Origin: Thraustochytrium aureum
Lineage: Eukaryota
DNA: 45,371 nucleotides
Direction: 5' to 3'
Assembly: GCA_012862495.1 (NCBI GenBank)
Contig: BLSG01000411.1
Coordinates: 298,411-343,781 of the forward strand
The notes beneath the pieces are model-generated. The model saw only the letters and a program-made list of their open reading frames with translations, made no database searches and was not told the DNA's origin. Made by a program: the position numbers and the translations under genes. Below are positions 29,275 through 40,199 of the stretch, in pieces (position 1 is the stretch's first letter; each line of letters starts with the position of its first letter).

Positions 29275-32200
29275 ATGAGGCGGCGTAGCGCTGCTGGGCG
29301 AGCGGCGCCCGCACGGCGGCGGAAGCCGGCGAAGCGAGTTGGGCCGCCGACTCTGCGGGAAAAAGAAAGGGCGGCTCGAAAGCTGCAGGGACTGTTCAGG
29401 ACCCGGCTGGCGCGCAGACGGCTGAGGGTGCTTGCGAGGTCGGTTTTTGAGAAAGTGTTTGACCCAGCGACGGGCGCGTATTTTTTCCACAACCTGCACA
29501 CCGGGGATGTGACTTGGGAGCAGCCGAAGATCATGGGGTCCGAGTCGTTCGAGGTTGTTGACGACCCCGCGCTCTCCCCGCACGAGCGCGTGGCGGCCTA
29601 CAGAAGCCTCGCCAGGCACTGGGTCACATACGAGGATGAAAGCACCGGTCTGCCCTACTATTTCAACGCAACATCCGAGGAGACGACGTGGGAGTTGCCC
29701 GATGTCCTTGCTCGCCTAAACGAGGCAATCGAAGAGCGCGACGAGATGCTCGGTCCTGACTGGGAAGAGGCCGCGGACGAATACGGAAACCTGTTCTACT
29801 TCAACAAAGCCACGCAAGAATCGTCCTGGGACGTGCCGCAGGTCGATTTTAGGAAGACCAAGGAGGAGAAGGAGCGCGAAGCCAAGGAGGCAGCGCGTCA
29901 AGCGCGCAAGCAGGCCAAGGAGGACCGGCAACAGAAGCAGAAGCCGCAAAAGGGAAAGCGGGCAGGTCGCCAGCGAGCCCCGGCGAGAGCGGCGGCCCAG
30001 GAGATGCAAGCGAGAATTTTGGCAACGGGAACGGCGGCAGCGACGACGATGGCGATGGCGATGGCGATGACGACGCAGAGGACTCGAGCAGCTCAGACTC
30101 CGAGCCGCCAGAGGCGCTCGAGGTCGGCGCTGACGGTAAGGTTGACGCCGCAGCAGAGGAGCGGCTACGCGAGGCGACCGACGACACAGACGATGACAGC
30201 GTCTATATATCATCCGACGAAGAGAACCCTGCTCGCCAACGCCGNNNNNNNNNNNNNNNNNNNNNNNNNNNNNNNNNNNNNNNNNNNNNNNNNNNNNNNN
30301 NNNNNNNNNNNNNNNNNAACGCCGCATCGAGCGCGGCGGCAAAGCATTGTCCAGGTACGCAGCACGGCGTTTGGCCCAGCGAGAGCGTCATATGGCAAAC
30401 CTCGAGGCTGCCGGATCGGGCTCCCCAGCTGGACAAGGGGGCGTACGAGGCCCGCACACGCCTCAAGCGGATTCGCAAGCGCAAGAGCAAAGACGTTGCG
30501 CTTGGGGGCCTGTCCCTCGACCGCGTGCCTCCGGTGTGCTTGGAGCCACCGATTGTGGCGCGGCTGGAGACGCTCGATCTGCGCAACAATAGGATCGCGG
30601 TGATGGACGAAGCGATAAAGGCCGCCGCAGCAACGCTGCTCGAACTGAACCTGAGTTCAAACCTGCTGACAACCCTCCCAGTGCAGGTGTGGTACTGTAC
30701 CAAGCTGCGTGTTTTGGACCTCCGAAACAACCGCATTGCCAAGCTGCCGCGCGAGAAAGGGAGCATGCAGGTTTTGCGCGAGATGAACATCTGGGAGATC
30801 GGGATCGAGACGATGACGGCAATGCAGCACCTGCGGCTTGACCGGAACGGTTTGGTAGAGCTCCCAACTGAGCTCGGCAAGCTAGAAGCGCTCCAGGTGC
30901 TAACTGCCCGTGAGAACAGCATCGCCGCCGTCCCTCCAAGCGCGCTCGCGACGCTCCGGCAGCTTCGCCACCTGGACCTCTCCAGCAACGCGTTGTGCGA
31001 GCTGCCCGAGAACTGTCTTGGCGCGCTGGGCTCTCTGGAGCGCCTGTCGGTAGCGTCAAATTTGTTGAAGAGACTGCCCGAGGACCTCGGACGAGCCGCG
31101 GCCCTCCAGGTCCTCGACGCCGCTGCAAATTCGCTCACTCGGGTTCCAGACCTCATCTCGCAGCTTGGGGCGTTGACGATCCTCAACCTCTCCGATAACG
31201 AAATCGAGCAGCTGCCCACGTCGTGGGGAGCAGGGGCAGCAGCTAGCTTGCGCGTCATGCACCTAGCAGGGAATCACCTCGTGCGCCTCCCAGAGGCGAT
31301 TGGGTCGCTCGCCGCGCTGGAGCACCTCGATGTATCACGAAACAGGCTCCGGGCGCGCCTGCCAAGCGGGATTTCAAACTTGGCGCGGCTCAAGAGCATC
31401 CGCGCAGCCAACAACCAGCTTGACGGCATCGGCTTCGACTCTGACTGCTCGCGCCTGGGCTCGCTTGTCGACGTCGATCTGTCGCACAACCAAATCAGGG
31501 CCGTGCAGCCAGGCTTGCTGTTTGGGTGCCGGGCGCTGGCCCGGCTCGACCTCTCGTTCAACAAAATCACAGAGCTTGTGGGACCGGAGCGGGACGCCAA
31601 GGCGTGGCAGACACTGCGGGAGCTCAATCTCTCCAACAACCAGCTCGGGTCCATCCCGCACCAGGTCTTTACCCATTCTGCGCTCCGGAAACTCGACCTG
31701 TCGTCGAACAGCCTCGGATCCCTCCCTTCGGAGGTGGACGACTGCGGCGGCTCGCTCGAATGGCTGTGCCTCGACGGGAACAGGCTGCGAGCAGTACCCG
31801 TGTCGCTTTCGCAAATGCGGCGGCTGCGATTCTTGTCGCTGTGCAACAACCAGATCGCTGAGCGGCCCGTGCACCTGGACAACGTAGCGACGCTCAAAAG
31901 CTACCACATGGGATTTAACCCTGTGGTGCATCCGCGGTCGCCGGAGGAGCTTCAGCGGGACGCGCTGGCGGTTGCCAACCAGTTTCTCGCCACGAACCGG
32001 CCGCAAAAGGCTCTCCGCGTCCTTAGCGCATTGTATGCTGACCTTGTCACGGACGGCGAGAGCGGCCCGCTGGACCAGGTGCTCGAGAGCGAGTGGGAGG
32101 CAGACCCGCAAAGCGAGGTCGAGTCCAACGAACGTTTCGCCGCATGCGCGAGCGAGCTGCGCGGGGCCGACCAGCGCGCGCGCGCAGCCATGCTGGACCA

Positions 32201-33086
32201 AGTGCTCCTGACTCGGGGCTGCACCTATCTCTCACTTGAGAGATATGATGCAGCCGAGATCGATTTGAGCCGCGGTTTGTCGCTCTTGAACGAGCCGAGA
32301 GCAGACCTGCTTTTCTATCGCGCGTCCGCGCTGTACCGCGGGTCCTCCGACGCAAAAGGGGCCCTTACGGACCTCGATCTTTGCATCGAGCTCAACCCGG
32401 CCTACTATGCTGCGCTTCGCCTCCGCGCGGCCTGCTTGATTGACCTCGGCCACTACAGCAACGCGCTGAGGGACGCCGACTTGGTGCTCGAGCACAACAT
32501 GTATGACGGAGAGGGCCACCTGATCGCGGGGCTCGCCATGGAGCGCCTTGAGCGCTTCGAAGACGCGGTGGAGGCCTACAAGGAAGCAATCTCGTGCAGC
32601 AGCGAGGCGGCCGCGGCGGCGGCCGCTGGCGGTGCGGGCAACCAGGACGAGTCTGACACGCAAAGCCCTGCTGGCTTGCTCGGCGACCTCGGGTCCGTCG
32701 CTGCTGTGGAAGCTCTGTTTGACGATGGCAAGGAGGCTGCCTCAAAGGCGGCGGCGAGCGACGCCGCGAAAAAGCAAGCCGTCATGCGCGGGCTCAACTC
32801 CTGGTCGCCACTCGGTACGGCGTATTACCGCACAGGACTCGTTCTCCGCGACCTGGGTCGGCCTGGCGAGGCCGTTGCGCAATTCCAGACTGCAAGTGAG
32901 TACCTGCGCGTGCAGGTTGACAAGGCGCTTCACGGGTCTGTTCGGCAGCGTCGGTTGCGCGAGATGCTCCGCCTGGCTGTGCTCTGCCGCTCCTCGGCGT
33001 TGCAAGCGATGAACCGCACAAAGAAGGCCGCCATAGCATATGAAGAAGCCCAGGCGCTCGCCCTGGAGCAGTCCCGAGAGGAGTAG
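29275..33086 (+). CDS. IQ motif - 3x WW - acidic linker - about 20 LRRs - TPR protein (reconstructed across two homopolymer frameshifts and one gap)
   Basis: IQ: AARKLQGLFRTRLARR. WW: YFFHNLHTGDVTWEQP, YYFNATSEETTWELP, FYFNKATQESSWDVP. LxxLxLxxNxL repeats ~30560-31920; TPR-like helices ~32200-33060. Joins need +1 nt at ~29948-29957, merging of AACGCCG across gap 30245-30317, and -1 G at 30418-30420. Confidence 0.75.
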
Positions 33087-33185
33087 CCGATGGCAGCCCG
33101 CTGCGCCGCTCGCAGCAATGCAACTCTAGAAACCAACGAAGTACACGCACACGCCGATTTTAGTGAGAATTAGGTGTTCTTTTGG

Positions 33186-34220
33186 TCAGAGCAGGCCAAA
33201 GCGGGAATTACCGCCTGTGGAGCCGCTGTCATCAGTGTCGTAGTCAAGGTCAGCGGCGTCGTGAAAGTTGGCATCGTGAGCAACCATGGTGCCGCCGCCG
33301 CCCACGCCGCCCTCACTACCGCCAAAGCTGCAGTTGTGATGCGCCGTCAGGGCACATCCAGACCGCCTAGCTTCGACGCTGCAGCTGAGTTCGTGGAGAC
33401 CGACCTGCGAAATCCGGTTCCACGCAACGTTGAGCAGGCGCAAGCAGGGAGCACGACTCAAGGCTGCCGCCAGAGCGCGGGCCCCCTTGTCCGCAATCTC
33501 GTTGCCCTCGAGGTTGAGCGTGGCCAAGGTCTTGCAATGCGCGAGGCCTTGGGCAAGAGACACGGCCCCGGAGCCGCGGATTTGGTTGCCTTGCAGATCC
33601 AAACCGCAAAGCGCTTCATTCACGGAGAGAGCAGCGCCGAGCGCTGCTGCTCCCTTGTCCCCAATCGAGTTCATCGAGAGATTCAGCTGTACAAGCGTCC
33701 GGTTGGTCTTGAGGGCCTCGGCGAGGGCCGCGGCGGACCCGTCGCAGAGCTCATTCGAGCTCAAGGTCAGCTCCATCAAACCAAGGTTGCAAGCGAGGGC
33801 GCGCGCGAGCACCTCGACCCCGGCAGCGCCGAGCCGGTTGTCCTCAAGGCTCAGGATCCGGAGCCCAGAGTTTGAGCAAAGCCCGTTGGCAAGGCCGGCG
33901 AGGCCCGCGTCGCGCACGAGGTTGAACCCTAGGTTGAGCGATTTGAGCGTGTTGCTGCTGGCGAGGGCGCGCCCAAGCGCGAGGGCGCCGGCGTCTCCGA
34001 CCATGTTGCAAGATAGGTTGAGGTGGGCCAGCGTCGGGCTCTGGGTGAGAAGCGCGGCGAGTCGCCCCACCAGCTCGTCGCCCAGCCACTCACTGCCGTC
34101 AATAAGCTCGCCGAGCTCGAGCCCTTCAGCCCCAGCCCGCATCGGCTCCGCGACGACAGACTCGAACGTTAGCAAGTCCATCCCGGAGCACTCGAGCTGG
34201 TTTGTCGCGTCCACGCCCAT
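33186..34220 (-). CDS. Ribonuclease-inhibitor-type (NLRC3-like) LRR protein; may extend 5' into the gap
   Basis: 28-aa repeats such as TLAHLNLSCNMVGDAGALALGRAL and TLVQLNLSMNSIGDKGAAALGAAL. The frame stays open from 34220 to the gap at 34273. Confidence 0.9.
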   Translation of the reverse strand: MGVDATNQLECSGMDLLTFESVVAEPMRAGAEGLELGELIDGSEWLGDELVGRLAALLTQSPTLAHLNLSCNMVGDAGALALGRALASSNTLKSLNLGFNLVRDAGLAGLANGLCSNSGLRILSLEDNRLGAAGVEVLARALACNLGLMELTLSSNELCDGSAAALAEALKTNRTLVQLNLSMNSIGDKGAAALGAALSVNEALCGLDLQGNQIRGSGAVSLAQGLAHCKTLATLNLEGNEIADKGARALAAALSRAPCLRLLNVAWNRISQVGLHELSCSVEARRSGCALTAHHNCSFGGSEGGVGGGGTMVAHDANFHDAADLDYDTDDSGSTGGNSRFGLL

Positions 34221-35278
34221 CGCGATCGCCCCTCCGACAGCACCTGCACCGTTGTAAGAACCGCCAACGCCTNNNNNNNNNNNNNNNNNNNNNNNNNNNN
34301 NNNNNNNNNNNNNNNNNNNNNNNNNNNNNNNNNNNNNNNNNNNNNNNNNNNNNNNNNNNNNNNNNNNNNNNNNNNNNNNNNNNNNNNNNNNNNNNNNNNN
34401 NNNNNNNNNNNNNNNNNNNNNNNNNNNNNNNNNNNNNNNNNNNNNNNNNNNNNNNNNNNNNNNNNNNNNNNNNNNNNNNNNNNNNNNNNNNNNNNNNNNN
34501 NNNNNNNNNNNNNNNNNNNNNNNNNNNNNNNNNNNNNNNNNNNNNNNNNNNNNNNNNNNNNNNNNNNNNNNNNNNNNNNNNNNNNNNNNNNNNNNNNNNN
34601 NNNNNNNNNNNNNNNNNNNNNNNNNNNNNNNNNNNNNNNNNNNNNNNNNNNNNNNNNNNNNNNNNNNNNNNNNNNNNNNNNNNNNNNNNNNNNNNNNNNN
34701 NNNNNNNNNNNNNNNNNNNNNNNNNNNNNNNNNNNNNNNNNNNNNNNNNNNNNNNNNNNNNNNNNNNNNNNNNNNNNNNNNNNNNNNNNNNNNNNNNNNN
34801 NNNNNNNNNNNNNNNNNNNNNNNNNNNNNNNNNNNNNNNNNNNNNNNNNNNNNNNNNNNNNNNNNNNNNNNNNNNNNNNNNNNNNNNNNNNNNNNNNNNN
34901 NNNNNNNNNNNNNNNNNNNNNNNNNNNNNNNNNNNNNNNNNNNNNNNNNNNNNNNNNNNNNNNNNNNNNNNNNNNNNNNNNNNNNNNNNNNNNNNNNNNN
35001 NNNNNNNNNNNNNNNNNNNNNNNNNNNNNNNNNNNNNNNNNNNNNNNNNNNNNNNNNNNNNNNNNNNNNNNNNNNNNNNNNNNNNNNNNNNNNNNNNNNN
35101 NNNNNNNNNNNNNNNNNNNNNNNNNNNNNNNNNNNNNNNNNNNNNNNNNNNNNNNNNNNNNNNNNNNNNNNNNNNNNNNNNNNNNNNNNNNNNNNNNNNN
35201 NNNNNNGGCCGAGGTGGGGCTCCCGGCGCTAGAGGAGGCGGCGAGGGAGGCAGCCAGGCCCAGCGGCGCGGAGGCGAG

Positions 35279-38200
35279 ATGGGTCGCAGGGCGTCCGGGG
35301 TGGGTGGACGCGCAGAGGTGCGGGAGACTGTCGCGGCGCTTGCTAGGGCGGGGTACGAGGCGGCGTGCAAGTTTGCTCCGCAAGTTCGGACCGGCGGCGA
35401 CGATGCGCTGATTGATAGCGCCGAAGGGCAGCTGGAGGCCAGCGCCTTTGTAGACGAGGTGGACGGCTCGCAGCTCTGTGACAGCCTGTGCGCGCTAGCG
35501 AGACTGTGCTCGAGACATCCGGACTCCATCTTCGCGTGGGCTCTGAACGGCGAGGCCGGCGCTGCTGAGACGCAATTCAGTCCGCGGATCCGAAGGGTGC
35601 TCCTGCAACTGAGCATCGGCCAGGCTCTCCATCTTGGAGGCGAGCCCTGGTTCAGAGGCGCCAGCGCGTACGCCGCGCTGCTGTCGCTTCCCGGGGCGCT
35701 CTCGTACCAAATGTTCCGTCCGAGCTTGCTGCGACTTGCGGTCAAGCCTGTCGCTGCGGGCGACTGCCCTGCGTCGCAGCGCCGTTCCGTCAGTACTATG
35801 CTAGCCAAGCTGGCCCTCCAGCAAAGCATGCGTGCTCGCATGCTCGAGTCCGACGTCATGGAAACGCTCGTCCATGCCCTCGTGGCATGCGGGGGCGACC
35901 TTCTCCCAGAGGAGCGCCCCGGCGTGCTGGCTGGGCTCGTGGCCCTGGCTGAATCCGGCCTCGCCACGGCCTCCGAGGCCGAGCACGAGATCCCTGACGA
36001 CGACGGCCGTAGTGACGACGAGGATGCAGCGATGGAAGAGGACCCGCGCGACGACGATTTCGGCGAAGACGGGACGCCAGCTCGCCCGGCACGGCGGAAG
36101 GGCAAGGCTGGGGCTGGCCGACTGCGCGCCCAGACCGCCAACCAGTCGCACGCCTTGCTCCTGAAATCGCTCTTGCAAGTGTTTCGAACTGCGAAGGGGG
36201 GCGCGTTGCGGCTTTGGGCAGTCGAGGTGCTGCTCGAGCTGATCCGAATCGAACAGGACGGCAGCAGCGGCGAAACGCACGACTTCAGCGAGACTGCTCT
36301 CAAGATGCTCGAGCACATGTGCTTTGACGTCGCAGAAAAGTCGGACTCGCGGCTTCTCAGGGAGGAAAACGCCCTGTTTATCATCAAGAGCGTGGGCGAG
36401 CGCCTCTCGCACGGCACGCTGTACCGGTTTTCGCAGTTCCTCAGCAAGCTGTCGCACAGCACAGACGCGGCGCAGCGAGCCTTTGCGGCCCAAGTCGCCG
36501 GGGGTGTCGTCACCTTCTGCGCCTTGGACGACGACCTCTTGCAGGGCCTCGCCGAGCTGCTCCTGGGCCGTGCCGAGGACAGGGTCGTTCCAGCCCGCGT
36601 GGCGGCCATTAAGAGCCTTGGCAGGCTCATCGAAGCGCCTTGCCTCGAGCGGATCGCGCAAACCGGAGGCGACGCCGAGTCGCCCTCGGGGCGGCCGAGC
36701 TCGGCGAATGATGGCGAGCCGGCTCAAAGGCCAAATCTCGTCAAGGCGCTCGTCAAGTCTGGCCTCCGCTCGCTCAGGCGGAGGGTCGCCGATGCCAGTC
36801 CGGCCGTGCGCAAGGTGGCCGTCCGATCGATGCAGTCGTTCCTCTGCAGCCCGATCGTGCGGGGCGTTCGTGGGCTAAGCCGGCTCGTCGACGAGGACTT
36901 CGCTGCGCTGTGCCAGCGCTCGCGCGACACCACGCCCCTGATCCGCAACGCTGTACTTCAAACTGTGCGGAGTTTCGNNNNNNNNNNNNNNNNNNNNNNN
37001 NNNNNNNNNNNNNNNNNNNNNNNNNNNNNNNNNNNNNNNNNNNNNNNNNNNNNNNNNNNNNNNNNNNNNNNNNNNNNNNNNNNNNNNNNNNNNNNNNNNN
37101 NNNNNNNNNNNNNNNNNNNNNNNNNNNNNNNNNNNNNNNNNNNNNNNNNNNNNNNNNNNNNNNNNNNNNNNNNNNNNNNNNNNNNNNNNNNNNNNNNNNN
37201 NNNNNNNNNNNNNNNNNNNNNNNNNNNNNNNNNNNNNNNNNNNNNNNNNNNNNNNNNNNNNNNNNNNNNNNNNNNNNNNNNNNNNNNNNNNNNNNNNNNN
37301 NNNNNNNNNNNNNNNNNNNNNNNNNNNNNNNNNNNNNNNNNNNNNNNNNNNNNNNNNNNNNNNNNNNNNNNNNNNNNNNNNNNNNNNNNNNNNNNNNNNN
37401 NNNNNNNNNNNNNNNNNNNNNNNNNNNNNNNNNNNNNNNNNNNNNNNNNNNNNNNNNNNNNNNNNNNNNNNNNNNNNNNNNNNNNNNNNNNNNNNNNACT
37501 TGTTGGCCAGTTGACCGAGCAGGACATGGTCTGCGTGCGCAGGGCGTTCTGGGACCTCGCTTGCAAGGACGACAAAGGCCACGTGGCCCTGCGGCCCGCT
37601 GGCCTGGTCAAGTCGCTGCAAAAGGCCATCGACTTCGTCGAGGCGGCAGCTGTACAGACGGACGAGGTTCGCCTGATCGCAGCCGGGGCTTGGATGCTTC
37701 TGGATATGGTCGTCGGCGGCCAACTCAAGGACACGCCCATGGCCGCAGAGCAAACGAGAATTCGCACCGAGGCCGTAAAGGCGCTCGCGGTTACCAAGGT
37801 GGTCGAGAGCTGGGACATGGCCTTTGAGAGCAGCGACGAAGCTGCCGACAGCGACTCGGCGCAAGCGAACACGATCAAGCGGCACATTCTCAACGTGATG
37901 ACCGGCGTGGCCAGCGCGGTGCCGGCAGAGGAGGCCACCCGAATCGCTGCGGTCTTGTTCAGTCTCGTGGACGAAATGGCAGTGGACACTGACCTTATGC
38001 GCAAGTCGCTTCAGCTCCTCGTCGCGCTGTGCGAGGCAAAAGCGCCGACTTCGGCAGAAGCGGCTGGGATGATTGCAAAGTGGGGCGAGTCGCTCAAGGC
38101 TAGGTGCGAAACTGTTCTCGCGCAGGTGCACCAGAGTCGGACTTCCAACGAGGCCTCTGCGAGAGAAGAGCACAGCGCAACAACCAGCCCGAGCGCCGTG

Positions 38201-39149
38201 CGTGCGCTTTTTCTCGTGGGCGAGCTCGCTATTCTGGGCTTGGATCCTGACGACAAGTCCAAGGCGCTGGTACCGCTCTCCGACAAGTTGACGACGCTCA
38301 CCATGGGGATTCTCGCGCTCGGCAACGTGGAGGAGCAAGGCGGCGGCGGCAGAGACGATGGCGACGACGGTAGAGACAACGGCAGAGACGACGGCAGAGA
38401 CGACGGCGATACCCGCGAGACCGCCGCTGCCGCCGCCGAGCAGCAGGGCAGCGCGGCAGACGCAGGCCAGTTTGAGTCTTCTCTCCGAGCACACGCTTTC
38501 GTTGCCACCGGCAAACTGTGCCTCCGCGATGAGGCAACCGCGAAACGAGCGACGCGCATGCTAGTTCGCGAGCTGGATCAGTGCGGCACGAGCGCCGTGA
38601 TTCGCAGCAACGTGATCGTCATCCTCGGCGACCTTTGCCGAAGGTATACCAACATGATCGACCCATACTTGGATACCATCTGCGCCTGTCTCTCAGATCC
38701 CGCGCCGCTCGTGCGGCGCCATGCTCTGATCCTCTTGACGGGACTCCTGCAAGAGGACTACATCAAGTGGCGCGGCGTTTTGTTTACGCGTTACGTGATG
38801 TGCGCCGTGGACCCGGACGAGGAAATCCGCAACCTTGTCTGCTTCGCGCTGAAAGACATATTTCCGAAAAAGTCGCCAGGGCTTTATCACGGCCAATTCG
38901 TGGAGACCATGTTTGGCCTCAACGGCGTGGAGACTGCAAAGTACAAAGTGTCGAGCCTCCTTGGGTGCGGCGCCGGCGAGGAGGCCGCGGGGGGCGCTGC
39001 CCGCACTCTGGCACGCGACCGCGCCCGCTACGTATCCCGGCTGACGGGCCCGTCCGAGGCGGCGGCAGAGCTGCGCGGAAACCTTTACAACCTGCTCCTG
39101 GAGCACATGTCCGAAACGCACCGGCTCGAGGTGACCAACAAACTCTGTC
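35279..39149 (+). CDS. NCAPD3: Condensin II non-SMC subunit CAP-D3 (HEAT/Cnd1); internal gap 36978-37497, 3' end in gap
   Basis: RAHAFVATGKLCLRDE, IRSNVIVILGDLCRRYTNMIDPY and LVRRHALILLTGLLQEDYIKWRGVLF are characteristic of CAP-D3. Start ATG 35279 is tentative because the frame is open back to the gap. Confidence 0.92.
38348..38410 (+). repeat. Imperfect 12-bp coding repeat (GRDD)n in NCAPD3
   Basis: ggcagagacgac-like units encoding GRDDGDDGRDNGRDDGRDDGD. Confidence 0.8.
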
Positions 39150-40199
39150 NNNNNNNNNNNNNNNNNNNNNNNNNNNNNNNNNNNNNNNNNNNNNNNNNNN
39201 NNNNNNNNNNNNNNNNNNNNNNNNNNNNNNNNNNNNNNNNNNNNNNNNNNNNNNNNNNNNNNNNNNNNNNNNNNNNNNNNNNNNNNNNNNNNNNNNNNNN
39301 NNNNNNNNNNNNNNNNNNNNNNNNNNNNNNNNNNNNNNNNNNNNNNNNNNNNNNNNNNNNNNNNNNNNNNNNNNNNNNNNNNNNNNNNNNNNNNNNNNNN
39401 NNNNNNNNNNNNNNNNNNNNNNNNNNNNNNNNNNNNNNNNNNNNNNNNNNNNNNNNNNNNNNNNNNNNNNNNNNNNNNNNNNNNNNNNNNNNNNNNNNNN
39501 NNNNNNNNNNNNNNNNNNNNNNNNNNNNNNNNNNNNNNNNNNNNNNNNNNNNNNNNNNNNNNNNNNNNNNNNNNNNNNNNNNNNNNNNNNNNNNNNNNNN
39601 NNNNNNNNNNNNNNNNNNNNNNNNNNNNNNNNNNNNNNNNNNNNNNNNNNNNNNNNNNNNNNNNNNNNNNNNNNNNNNNNNNNNNNNNNNNNNNNNNNNN
39701 NNNNNNNNNNNNNNNNNNNNNNNNNNNNNNNNNNNNNNNNNNNNNNNNNNNNNNNNNNNNNNNNNNNNNNNNNNNNNNNNNNNNNNNNNNNNNNNNNNNN
39801 NNNNNNNNNNNNNNNNNNNNNNNCACTTTGCATTTCGCTTCGGGCTCCGCGCTCTCGGTAGCTCGTAACATAGGAAAAGAAACACTTTGCGCTCCGCTTC
39901 GGGCACGAGGTTGGGTCTGCCTGGACATGGCGGCGCTTACTACACATTCATTTCTACATAGCAGCGCCAGCTGTGCTCGTCGTGGTTGCCATGGAAGGAC
40001 CCCGCACTCTGGGTCGCAGAATGGTTCGCTCCCCATCAGGGCCCCAACCTGCGCCGTCCCCGCCTTCCGCCAGCAAGTACTACATCTAGATACTCGAGTG
40101 CACGTAGATACAGTTCTCAAGGTCGACGTGCGGCTTGACCTGCGATGCGCTGACATGCGGGCGTCCCCCTCCGGCGTTCGCTGCTCCACCGAATCTCGC

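Noticed and set aside
26142..39149. Functional mitotic gene cluster (TACC-like plus NCAPD3)
   Set aside because: Two genes separated by unrelated genes; no evidence of co-regulation.
22504..39868. Long ORFs reading through N-gaps (e.g. 22504..25818 and 34202..39868) taken at face value
   Set aside because: Frames across Ns are arbitrary; only the sequenced segments with family motifs were accepted.
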